DNA of 63,404 bases, filler included, from Reticulomyxa filosa (Eukaryota; Protista; Foraminifera), in NCBI GenBank assembly GCA_000512085.1. It is 27 parts of 27 records of this genome, joined end to end, with 100 filler letters (N's around TTAATTAATTAA, not from the genome) between each part and the next. Parts side by side here need not be neighbours in the genome. Positions count along the whole stretch, not along the records: positions 12,350 to 14,230 come from ASPP01011807.1; positions 14,331 to 18,568 come from ASPP01025131.1; positions 18,669 to 20,767 come from ASPP01034101.1; positions 20,868 to 22,213 come from ASPP01029100.1; positions 22,314 to 28,400 come from ASPP01019901.1; 22 more parts are not named here. The stretch is one strand, 5' to 3'. Shown piece after piece: positions 12,250-24,081 of the stretch. A model generated the notes under the pieces. The model was not told where the DNA came from and did no database searches. It saw only the letters and a list, made by a program, of their open reading frames with translations. Numbering within the stretch: the stretch's first letter is position 1; each line of letters begins with the position of its first letter. Made by a program: the position numbers and the translations under genes.

Positions 12250-13586
12250 NNNNNNNNNNNNNNNNNNNNNNNNNNNNNNNNNNNNNNNNNNNNTTAATTA
12301 ATTAANNNNNNNNNNNNNNNNNNNNNNNNNNNNNNNNNNNNNNNNNNNNCTTCGTGCCGCCTGGCTCATAGTTTAATTTTTTTTTTTTATTGATTCGTTA
12401 TTTTTGGATTTTATATTTAGTTGTTGATTATAAAGCTTTTTGTATTTGTTTGAGTTTATGTAAAATATCGATTTATTTTGTTGATAGTGAACAATACATG
12501 AATAAAAACAATTTTGCAATTTTAAAATGTCCAATTACAAACACATTGAATAAAAAAATTGCTCTAGCTCTAAAAAAAGGGTAACTTTGTTTCTATGAGA
12601 AAATTCCTTTTCATTTTTCCGCATTAAAAATTAATGTCAAAACAAGTTAAGTTTTTAACTTTTTTCTTAAATGTTGGGAAGAATGCTCAAGAAAATTTCC
12701 TTAAATTATAAAAAATTTAGGTTATAAGTTGCGCTATGTTGATCATAAAATGATGCATTCATTAAGCTTTTTTGCTTAGTGAATTTAGTTAGTGTCAACA
12801 CAGTGAAATAGTAGTCTCTATAATGTTTAACTCACTTCCACTTTTGTATCATCAACTGTCATAAATTTTTTTTTTACTCATATGTGTAAGATGTGCTGAC
12901 TTGTTTTTGTAATTTGTAATAAAAATCAATATCAAAAGAATATTGGAACTTTGCATAAATAAAAAATAGTTTTTTATTTGTTCTTTCTTTGGCTTCCGAA
13001 GATTTATTTATGCATAATTTTAGAATTTATGTAATGTTTTGTGGGTTTTCCTGCTGCTGAAAGAGGTGTGCAAGCTGTAATACGAAAGGTTTTCGCTCTT
13101 TCGAGCAATTTAAAACAAAAGATTAATGATTTAAATAAAAGAGAAAACAGACAACAAGATTCAACAAGTGAAAGAGAAAAGACAAGTCGTTAAAGTGAGT
13201 AGTGTGTTGTTAAAATAAAGGGTTCCAAAGTTCACTTGTAGTGCGAGAATTACTTATTACGACATCATGAGTACTACAGTTTTTTTCTTTTTGATTATAC
13301 ATTTTGACCAAACATGCAAATTTGAGTGAATTTGAGTATGTGCTGAAATTTTTTTAAAAAATTAAAAAACAAGCAAATTATCGACGATTAACAATTTCAA
13401 GTGAGGATTATTTAAACTTGCTACTATTGTATGTAATTTTTTCATTTTTAGCTCTTTTAATTTTTCGTTCAAAGACCACAAATGTTATCACACATTTGGC
13501 TTGTCTGTCACAAAAGATAGACCAAAATCAGAATGAAAAAAGAGAGGAGGGGGGAACAATTCCCAAATCCTCAATTGATTATTAAT

Positions 13587-14191
13587 ATGAAAGAGAAAAT
13601 TTTGTTTTTTGGAAGTCTGGTAGTTGGCGGTATTCTACGGTTCCTCCTTCTGAAATTATTGATAATGAATCCGGGATTACAAGAGCACATAGCCAACCGT
13701 CCAGAAATATCTACCCCAATGTCGAAATGGAAAAACAGTAAGTTAAAGAAAACCAGAAAAACAAATCAAAAAAGAAAAAGTAAAATACATTAAACAACAA
13801 CAACAAGTAAGAGAAGGCATATACTTGCTGGACAATGGTCTGTCACCGTACGACAGTGACATCTTTCACAGCTCGCCATATTTCTTGCGTATTTTCCAGA
13901 TACTGTTGGGTAAAAGAATGGATGACACATCGAATTCATTGTTACCCATAGTGTTGTGTTTCATTCTGTCGGACTTGATTACCTCGTTTAATATATATGG
14001 TATTGCAGCACATTGTCAAAGTTATCTCAGGTCATTGGGACAGCTTCCTTATCCAAAAGCTGCTTCAATCGATACTGTTCACACACAAGACACCACCGAA
14101 CAAGCACCTATCCCTTCGACAGTCAAAGATACTCCTTCGATCTTTGTATCCAAATATTTCGCATTTCTTTCTGCAAATTTGTTTCGAATTG

Positions 14192-14230
<39 letters not shown>
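13587..14230 (+). CDS. PIGU: GPI transamidase subunit PIG-U (CDC91/GAB1), 5' part
   Basis: RPEISTPMSKWKN|IREGIYLLDNGLSPYDSDIFHSSP is restored by splicing the GTAAGT...AAG intron at 13738-13807. Confidence 0.88.
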
Positions 14231-14719
14231 NNNNNNNNNNNNNNNNNNNNNNNNNNNNNNNNNNNNNNNNNNNNTTAATTAATTAANNNNNNNNNNNNNN
14301 NNNNNNNNNNNNNNNNNNNNNNNNNNNNNNTCTTTATTCTCACACTCACGTTTGAGCAAATTCCAAGATGTCTGCGAAGAATTTTTATCCAACATTACAA
14401 AGGCATGATTGTCAAATTGTGCAGCAGTTTCCATTGGGTTCAATGTCAAGTGGAAACCCGAAGCATTCAAAGGACGGCGCCGGGCGAACAAGGGAAACTC
14501 GATTGTTGTGAAAATTGGCGCTAAGTTTATGGCGATGAACAATCATCGAAATGCATACATTAATCGCTCGTATCGAAACTGATTGTGTGCGTGCGTCCAT
14601 GCACAACTTGGATTTTGTACCATACGTGTGCTAATGTGAAGAATCATGAGCTCGTGAGATATTGAGTATTGATTATTGGTGAAGATATATATAGAGAGAG
14701 AGAGAGACAGAAAGAGCTG

Positions 14720-15060
14720 TTGCACTTTTTGACTCGAACAAGCACCGATCATCTTTGCTTGACTATCTCCGGGATCGAAGATTCAAAAATCGCTCCACAA
14801 TTTGACAAAACAGAGCAATCAATCGCTTCAATGTGTTGAAGACGCTGCTGGGTGGATACGTGGGCAATATCAGTGCCAGAAGTCGATTGTATTATGCCCC
14901 TCCTCTCAAAGACTCGTCGCTATGGATACGAGTTACCAAAAAAAACCGAATCACTTGGATCTAAGAAGTGAAAGAGCCTGCTATTGATAAGGCCGCCACT
15001 CAAACAATGGTAGCTCTAAGGGACGAGCCTTTCAATAATTTCCCCAAGTCCATTCAATGA
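14720..15060 (+). mobile_element. Possible highly decayed LINE RT thumb remnant
   Basis: One frame reads RAINRFNVLKTLLGG...ARSRLYYAP, resembling the KRLNILK.L.G...IRSRLDYG region of LINE ORF2. Multiple stops. Confidence 0.3.
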
Positions 15061-17939
15061 TTCAAAATAACGGAATGCTTGATTGCGGAATTATCATTGA
15101 AATCCAAGCCGTACTATTACGTTCATTCTTCTTTCGTGTCATCTGACGTTATAATTGTGATTGGGTCCATTGCTTGAAAAAGTACTTTTTTTATACATAT
15201 TCAACACAATATCTTTATACGTATATTCATTATTATTTGTATGTATGTGATATGTGTTGCGAAATTTGTTGATAGATATTCCAATGTGTAACAATGAAGT
15301 TTTGGAACACGAATGGGCAAGTTTTTGTTGTTACATTGCCATTTATGCTGCAGCGAGTTTCTGGCAATAATGGAAATAGTAACAGCAATGTCAGCAGTAG
15401 CAATATCGATGGTTGCAGTACATGAAAGCAAAAGTGGCAACCTCATCGTTGAATTGTTGCTGATGGTAACCCAATATATCGTCGGATCATGGAAGCCATA
15501 CTACAACGCACGCACACGTCATTTCTCCAGTATATTTATTTGTTCATCATTAAACAAGTATCTATAGTGACGGCGTGCACTAAATATGGGTCACCGTTTG
15601 CGTTTTAAATGATGTACAATTTAAAAAAAAATGGAAGGTCCATATCGTGTAATATGGCCCATGATGGATTAAAAGTAATCGTACAATTGAAAGTGGTGAG
15701 CTGATTATCATGATTATGTGCAGCCTACATTCCAAGTTATAATATTTTCTTATAATGTGATTGAAACATGATGAACACACATATATAACATAGGTCTTCA
15801 AAGAATACAATCCTGTCTGTCGAGCAATTGGAAAGGAGGTTGTGGCGTCAGCAAGCAAAGATAAAGTGGTTGAAACAATGTCAAATTGTTGGCATATTAG
15901 ATTGCAAGTATTTGATATTTGTCTGAAATTTTTTGCTTGAAAAATTTTTGTATGAATTGTGATTTCTTTTGATTGTTTTTTAACAATTATTTCAATTTTT
16001 CCTCCAGCACTTGAAATCTTTTATCAAATTATAATTATCGTAAAAAATTTCTGAACTTTAATATTTTAAATCAAGAAATCACGTAAGACTGTGCGAAATA
16101 TGAATTGATTTTACCACTGTTCCTAGCAAAAAAGACTTCGAGTATGAGTAGATTACAAGAAGAATACGTATAACAGAAAGGAACAAGGGAGATTATAAAG
16201 ACAATGGCTGGAAAGAAAAAGAAAAGGAGGAGGAAAAAGTAGAGCCTGAGTCCAATGAAGCCAATGAGAACAAAAATAGCAGTAATATTGACGATCAAAA
16301 GATGTGCAAATTCTTTGGCCATGAAAATTAACAAAGGATTTCAAAATTTCCAAAAGAAGATTATGAAAATATCAATAATAAAACAAGAGTTACGAATGAG
16401 AATAAAGAAAGATACCGACAATGATGACAATGACAGTCGTAATATCATTTATTGTTCACTACATGACAAAATTATTGATTCTTGGATATCGAACGTAAAT
16501 ACAAATTTCATCAATTGAAGTCAGTAGTGAAATTGAATTTATATTCGCATCTACATATAACAATAATATCTAAATTATTTTATATGTGGTGTTTTGTGTG
16601 TATGAACAATAACAAAAAGTGTATGTGATAAAAAGATACCAGAATATTGTATTTTAAGTTCTTATGATTAAAAATAAGAAAAGCATGAAGAAAGTGATAA
16701 TGACAATAATCTGTATCAAACAATAATTTTTCAATTTGCAAATTCCAATGTTTGGAAACTTCTTTTTCGACAATACACTCCTAATTCCCATATTATTGAT
16801 GTTAACAGATTTTAGTGTTGTGTATAATCACAATGAAGAAATATATATATATATATGTATATGTATATATAAATATAAATATTATGCACAACTGATCGAT
16901 ATTGGCCTAATTCAATCATCAATGTTTGTTTGGTAATGTAAATTGAGATGTGTTATTAGTTAGAAGTACGATTGATTGTAAATTGTTTTTTTGGCGTATT
17001 GAAATGATGTAAAGGAGCAATGATAGAGAATAAGACACTCACTACGCATGAAAATAATGTTTCAATTCTTTGATAGTAAGTAAAGATTTACTGAATATAA
17101 TCAATCCACTCGCTTGATGATCTATATGATAGATTAATTCGGATGTCATTGTGAAGGCAACATTTGTGCCTGTTGCTCTAATATCAATGAATTGCTTTGG
17201 ATACATGTGTGCAAATCTGGGACTATTTTCAAAAGTACGTTCATCAATGCATTGTATTCATGTAAATGTATATTCATCCCACTATTTTTTGTATTAATAC
17301 ACAATCAATTCTTCTCAGTGGCCAATATACTTTTGAGAGATACTTGTGTTTATACATTGTTTATTTATTGGTGAAAAGTAGATAATCAGGAGTATGGAGT
17401 GCATATTTAAATATATGTATGTTTGATCCAAATTTTCAAAACCAATTTATTTGTAGTGACATAGTGTTTCAATACATTGACTAAAGTTTCATGTGAACAC
17501 TGCGATGAAAAAAAAGAGGAAAAGAGATGGCAAGAATTTTAATTTCTTTTCAATCTTTCCTTTCGACAACTGTGTCACTTTATATATAAATATATATTTG
17601 TCTTTGATCAAGTGTATCAACTCCATTCCAAGAGCGTATTTCAGTGACCAACAACTCAACTCAATCCATATTTCTTCATTTTTCTATTGCCGTTCATCTG
17701 AATCATTCGCTTTGATACATTTGTCAGGAGTGTTGCTCTTTTTTTTTTTTTGAACATAGCACCGAAAAAGCAGACGAGGCAAACACTAAACAATAATCGC
17801 CTCGTGCTTGACCTGCGTTGTTACCACTGAAAGTGAAAAAGATTATCAAATTATACACATTTGTTTTTATACGTTAAAGTCGGTCACACTTTTTTTTTTT
17901 TAAACAAAAAAAAAAAAAAAAAAAACGGTACATTTAACA

Positions 17940-18424
17940 AAACTTGATCACTGGTGGTGGCGTTTTATCTGTCTTTTTATAAAAACTAGCCACGACTGGT
18001 GGAGACTTACTATATTTGATTGGAAGAATAGACGTATACGGACTGAACCAAAATTCCATTCGATCGATAATTCCTTGACTTTCTTCTTCTTTCCATTGCT
18101 TGAAATTTGCTTCGAATTCCTCCAACGTATACATTTTACGCGTTTCTTCCAAAAAGAATGCACCCACGACTTCTACGTACATGCTGTAGATCACGCCATT
18201 TATGCCCATGCTCACAATGGTATTATTGAATACAGTATCATCTTGGATCAGTTCGACGTCGGTATTGACTTTGTCCCATTCTTCTTTGTCGTGAATTGCG
18301 CCTGTTTCAATATTTTCGTTGTGTGTTCACGCACTAACTTTTGATCTTCTGTGCTTAATGTATCTTCGCTCGTGTCGTTTTTGGCATCTTGCCTTCTTTC
18401 CGTCCTGCGACAGCAGCAAAACAT
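17940..18424 (-). pseudogene. FAD-linked oxidase (aldonolactone-oxidase-like) fragment, out of frame with an N-terminal MFCCC exon
   Basis: ELIQDDTVFNNTIVSMGINGVIYSMYVEVVGAFFLEE matches the end of the PCMH/FAD_binding_4 fold. The FAD-binding N-terminal part is not visible. Confidence 0.5.
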
Positions 18425-18936
18425 TTTATATCACAAAACAAAACTCTAAAAAATTCTAAAGCGAGTACACAAAACAACAAAACAAACAAAAAAAAAAATA
18501 AGCACTTGACCCTTCTCCAAAACTAGTCATGAATCTGGATATAGATCACGATCAATTGAACAAATAATNNNNNNNNNNNNNNNNNNNNNNNNNNNNNNNN
18601 NNNNNNNNNNNNTTAATTAATTAANNNNNNNNNNNNNNNNNNNNNNNNNNNNNNNNNNNNNNNNNNNNTTTCATTTTCCTTTTCAAATTTATTTCGAAAA
18701 TGCACTAAAATATGTTTCCAATTCCTTTTTATCCAGCCCTTTTTATTCACTCTTATTAATCCATCCCACACCATCACCTTTTGTCCGAATTTTTCATTTA
18801 TTATATATATTTGTCTACTGTAAATGTTCCAATAATGTCTCCGTGTTTATGCCAAGACCTTCCAAAGAACTTTTTTTTTTAATACAAAAAAAGGGCCCGC
18901 AAAAGAATTGATAGCAAAAATAAAAATGATAAAAAT

Positions 18937-19199
18937 TGGGTGGTGAATTAAATTCACCGGCGATACCTAGAGATACTGCAATACTAGGATCACCACTTCA
19001 TCTAACCCAAACAAATGTAAATCCATCTGAGTTGTAAATCTACAAAAGAGCAAGCCCTTTTGTATGTAGATCACAGTGAAGTTTGGCTCAAGAAATCATC
19101 CTAATCAACTGTTTAGAAACAAATAGTTCCTAATCTCAGAGATCAGGCTGAGAAGAACTGATACTACACTTGATCTTAGCCAAAAGGCCGAGAAGGTAT
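18937..19199 (-). ncRNA. U2: U2 spliceosomal snRNA, extended
   Basis: Minus strand begins AUACCUUCUCGGCCUUUUGGCUAAGAUCAAGUGUAGUAUC (stem I and branch-point recognition GUAGUA). Stem IIa UCUCAG/CUGAGA, stem IIb UUAGGAAC/GUUUCUAA, IIc complement GAUUAGG, CUUG-capped stem III, and stem IV loop UAUUGCAGUAUCU. The 3' end is uncertain (18959 or about 18937). Confidence 0.96.
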
Positions 19200-22100
19200 G
19201 AAGAAAATATAAAATGAGTATTCAGACAATGATGTAAAACAACATCTGTTGATAAAGTAATCATCTTCTTCAAGGCAGTATCCGTTGCACTTCATTTGCA
19301 CTTTTTTAAAGCTTTTATGTCTTTCTAACCACATGTACACTTTTGTTTGGACTTTGCCATATGCCATTGGTAGTTTCAACACATATTCGCATTTTGTTTT
19401 CGTCCCAAGTGGCTTAAAATATACCATTACTTTTTAATACGTTAGTTAAAATAAACTATCTAGTTTTTTTTTATAAAAAATACGTATTTTTTATGTACAT
19501 ACTTTAATTGAAAACGTATCCTAGTGTCTTGTTTTATTTAAACAATCTACCCTTGTGTACAAAAAAAAGCTTTAACTGGTATAATTTTCATTCTCTCAAG
19601 TGTTCACGCTCAAAAAGACTACCAAAAAATTTCACTAAGTACAAAATTCCAAGCACAAATTTGCAATTGCTTTCGACTTGAACAATCACTTTGACGAAAA
19701 TACAAAAACGTTTTGCCAACATTTGGTTTACTTTTCATACAAAATAAGACATGAGCATTACTTTTGATAATTTAAGCAAAAAAAACTTAAAAAAAAAAAC
19801 TTAAAAAAAAAGACTTAAAAAAAAAAATTGTAACTTTGTCCTGCTCACTTGACCATGGGCGGGACAGGCTATTGAATGTCAAGAAAACGTGTTACAGATA
19901 AGGAAAGTAGCATTTGGACAATGAAAAAATTAGATTCTGTTGAAATTAGCATGTACATTGGGGTACGGAGAAAAAACAGACAACATGCAAATACTTGAAA
20001 CACGGAACATATCCGTTTGGTTTGAGGAATAAAACAAGATACACTGATAAAAAAAGAACAAAATTAGCACACATAACTACAGATCTTATTTTATACAAAA
20101 ATTTGATAAAAATTTGTGTTTTCTGTTCACTGACTTTTATTGACGAAATTCTTTTAATGATATTTGGATTGTTGACTTTTTTTATCAATTTTTATTGTTT
20201 TTAAAAAATCAGGCCATCTCTGTTAAGAAGGTAAAAATATATCAACAAAGCTACATCTAAAACAGTAAAGCTTGTGAACTTAACTTTTGGGTAGACAAGA
20301 AAGAGGAAATCCTTTTATTGAATTCGGAAAAATTGTCTGACATTGCCATAATAGTGGCAGACAATGTCTTGCAAATGATATATCATGTTTTTTTTGTTGA
20401 AATCTTAATCTTGCTTGTGACAAAAACTTTTAATCTTCTTGTTGTAGTAATTGACAAAGAGAGGGCAAAGTCCAACAAGATACAACCACCAAAAAAGTTT
20501 CTAATCTTTTCAAAGTTAAATTATGAGAATTTTTTGCGCATTAATAAGATCCATATTCAGTGAAAAAAACAAAAAAAATAAAGGAAAAACTGAAGTAATA
20601 AACGAATTTTTTGTGTCAATGGCACTTGTGTCACAAGAACCAAATTAAAGCAATTGAATTTCTTCAGAGCAATGCGACGTCCGACAAAATTCGGATTCTC
20701 GCCCAACACAGTACAACCATTCAGCTTAATTGACACAGCAACTAGACAACGTAAACAAGCTTCTCTGNNNNNNNNNNNNNNNNNNNNNNNNNNNNNNNNN
20801 NNNNNNNNNNNTTAATTAATTAANNNNNNNNNNNNNNNNNNNNNNNNNNNNNNNNNNNNNNNNNNNNGTATGAAATGAGTGAAGAGAAATTTAACAATGT
20901 GATGATCATCAAGTAAACAAACATAAAACGAGTATCTTATTCTCTATTATTCCAAATATGCTTTTCCAATAGTAAATATATGAATAGCATGGCCTATATA
21001 CAAAATGAACAAATATAATCCATAAACTCAGTTGGTAGTTTTTTCCATTGAATTTATGATTATTTGTTTATATGATCTATCTTTGCATGGTGAACCATAT
21101 TTGAAAAAAGTGTATTTTTATAAGCATTCATTATACTTTGGTCTTCATTAATGATATTATTGTAATCAGTTTTATTAAATCAAAAATTTTGAATTCTTGA
21201 TTACAAACCATTCATAAACAACACCACCCAGAAGAATTCTATATCCAACATTGTGATTTCTCTTAGGTTCAAACAAAACAATTGAATAAATAATTTGAAT
21301 AATCTGTCTTTTGAAAATTGATTGAATGCTATTGTAATACAATTACTCCAATCTTCAAACACACGATTGGTATAATTTTGATACAACAATTGACAAACTC
21401 TACCAACCGAAAAAAATTGATTTTGCTATGATTATGGCTTGCATCCAGTTGAAGTATGCATAAGCACATTTGCACTTTTTAAAAAAAGAACAACAGAAAG
21501 AAAAAATACTTATTTCTTAGAATATTGCAGTAATTGTCCAAGTTTAAAACATTCAGTATTTGAATAATAACCAATTTTAGGCTTCATGACAATTTGATCA
21601 TACATTAAATGGTATCTTTTGGCAACGAACAACTCTATGTTTTTTTGTTTCGAATTTCCATTTACTGATATGATACATTACTGTACATTTCAAACAATTC
21701 ACATATTGACAAAGATTTCCTTTTATCTGTTTTTTTGCTTCTACTTGATCACAAATTATAACAGCTCTATTTTCAAATCACCAAAGTTGGAATGATATTT
21801 TGTGTTAGACATTCCTGTGAAAACATACAAGAGTTTGCACTGAGAAAAAAAACAACAAACAATGAAATAACCTCTTGAACGAATCGGAAAGTCCAGTGAG
21901 CTTGTATCAGTCACTTCCAATCAAACAGATACATTCATATAAAGTCGTATCCATCCAATTGTCACAAAACTGACAATTGAAATGGAGTCCGTTATCGGCA
22001 CAAATTTACTAGATTCTTTAATTGTCTCAAATACTTTACAAATTTCATCAATTGAAACTATATTGAAGAAATAAACACGATACGAAGATTTCCATATATT

Positions 22101-22313
22101 ATACAAAAAAAAAAGACGAACAGTGAAATCTGTAAAGAATATTATTGATTGCAAAAGAAAATCAATCGCAAATAATATCCAATTGAAATTTTCAAAAGCT
22201 TAAAAAAGTATTTNNNNNNNNNNNNNNNNNNNNNNNNNNNNNNNNNNNNNNNNNNNNTTAATTAATTAANNNNNNNNNNNNNNNNNNNNNNNNNNNNNNN
22301 NNNNNNNNNNNNN

Positions 22314-24043
22314 AAATAAAAAGGAGCGAATTCGGAACGAAGATCGAAAAGAAGAAGTGGAACTACAAGAAACGAAGCACGAAGAAAAAGTGTGAAGATG
22401 AAAATGCAAATCTATCAACTTCGAAAGAAGCCAATTGCCGTGACATTTGACTATTTCTATTCGGAAGTACCAGAAGAGGTGGCTCAAGAAATGGTCAAAC
22501 AATTGAAACTGCCACAACAATACTTGAAATTAGTTCTTGACGCAATTCGAAGAGCACGTTTCGCAATTTTTCTTTTCTTTTCCAACAAATGACTGTTTTT
22601 TTTCTCTTTCTCAAACATTGGAATACTCACAACTGACACCACACATCACATCGAAGCCACCAAAGCTATTTGGTGCAACATGTACACCACGTGTGCGTAT
22701 GCATAAACATAGACAGAAAAAGCGGTGAATAAATAACAATAAAAAAAACATATACACTTTGACTGAACAGTAAACCATAAGACACAGGACACAAAGAGTG
22801 GAGTACAAAGTCATTTGACACGCAACAAGGCCGCGACGGACAGCCACGTCAATGGCAACAGCGTGGCAACCGAAGTCAACGGCGAAAACACGACATATCA
22901 CCCCACTTCAATTCGTGAGCACAATCTCAAGAGTGCCAAGGGTGCGACTGAAAAGAACCAAACGGTGACAATCGATGAAGAGGTATCCATATCCGTGCAC
23001 AAATCGGTTCATTTGTCCACAACATTGCACAGTACCAACGATAATGGTTTGAAGCCTCTTTCCAAAGCAGTCGAGGAAGTCAAAGCAGGGGCCGCCTTCA
23101 ATTTTGTCCTGCCGACAAACGTTACCATCGCCGCATTAGACGCAGCCTCGAAGGAACACAGCGAAGACAATCGAAGTCGTCCCTCCGTCCCTGTTGTCTC
23201 TCCGTTGTCCGCAATTGGCATCAAGAGCAATGAACAGCAGACACAGTCGAAACCTGCACCTGTTGCCACTGTTGGCGGCATTGTCCCGTCGGCAATGCCC
23301 GCCACGACTACAAGCGAACACGTTCGTGTAAATGAGCATGACAATACCAGCGTACCGATCTCGTCTTCAACCACAAATGAACGCCCTTCTGTCCCATCCT
23401 CGGCCTCTGCATCGCAAAACACCACTGCCACTACCACTACCACTACTACGACAACTACAACAGCTGTGACAGGTACGACAGGTACGACAGGTACGACAGG
23501 TACAACGACAGCCATTGGTACTGCTGTCAATATTTCATCGTCGCAGCCAAAGTCGCAACCGGTGCAAGTATCAACTCAGTCGGTGATAGTGACGCCTTCA
23601 ACGACAAAGCCGACTACCATCGCGGCGGCGACAACAGAGTCACAAAACGCACACAACTCCATTATCGTAACAACAAGCCAGCCCGCGTCCAATGCGCAAT
23701 CTGTCAATGCCACAAACCAAGCCACGGCCAAATCCACTGTCATCTCGGCATCAGGGTTGGAAGGGACGGCGATACAGCCAACCCAAAGTGTCGTCGCGCC
23801 CAATGTGACTGCTGCAAATGCCACGTACGTCCAGCCAATGACTCGAAAAAGTACGTCTCCACCACCATCACTCCCTCCGGGAGGTGGTTTGTCCGTACCT
23901 ATGTAACAGGCGTGATCAATCCTGTACGTACAACCTTGACACCTTCTGCCCAACGACAGTGCCATCATCCACTGCAGCTGCAACAACACCAGTGGCTGCA
24001 ACGACAACGACAACGACAACGACAACAACAAAAACAGTAACTA

Positions 24044-24081
<38 letters not shown>

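Noticed and set aside
14331-14630. TGA-to-Trp recoding (a frame interrupted only by TGA)
   Set aside because: No recognisable protein, and intact genes such as PIG-B use TGG for Trp throughout.
19176-19427. 83-aa minus-strand ORF
   Set aside because: It overlaps the U2 5' end and its presumed promoter, and has no recognisable motif.
20868-22213. Coding-like decayed sequence
   Set aside because: Many stops in all frames and no family that I can support.
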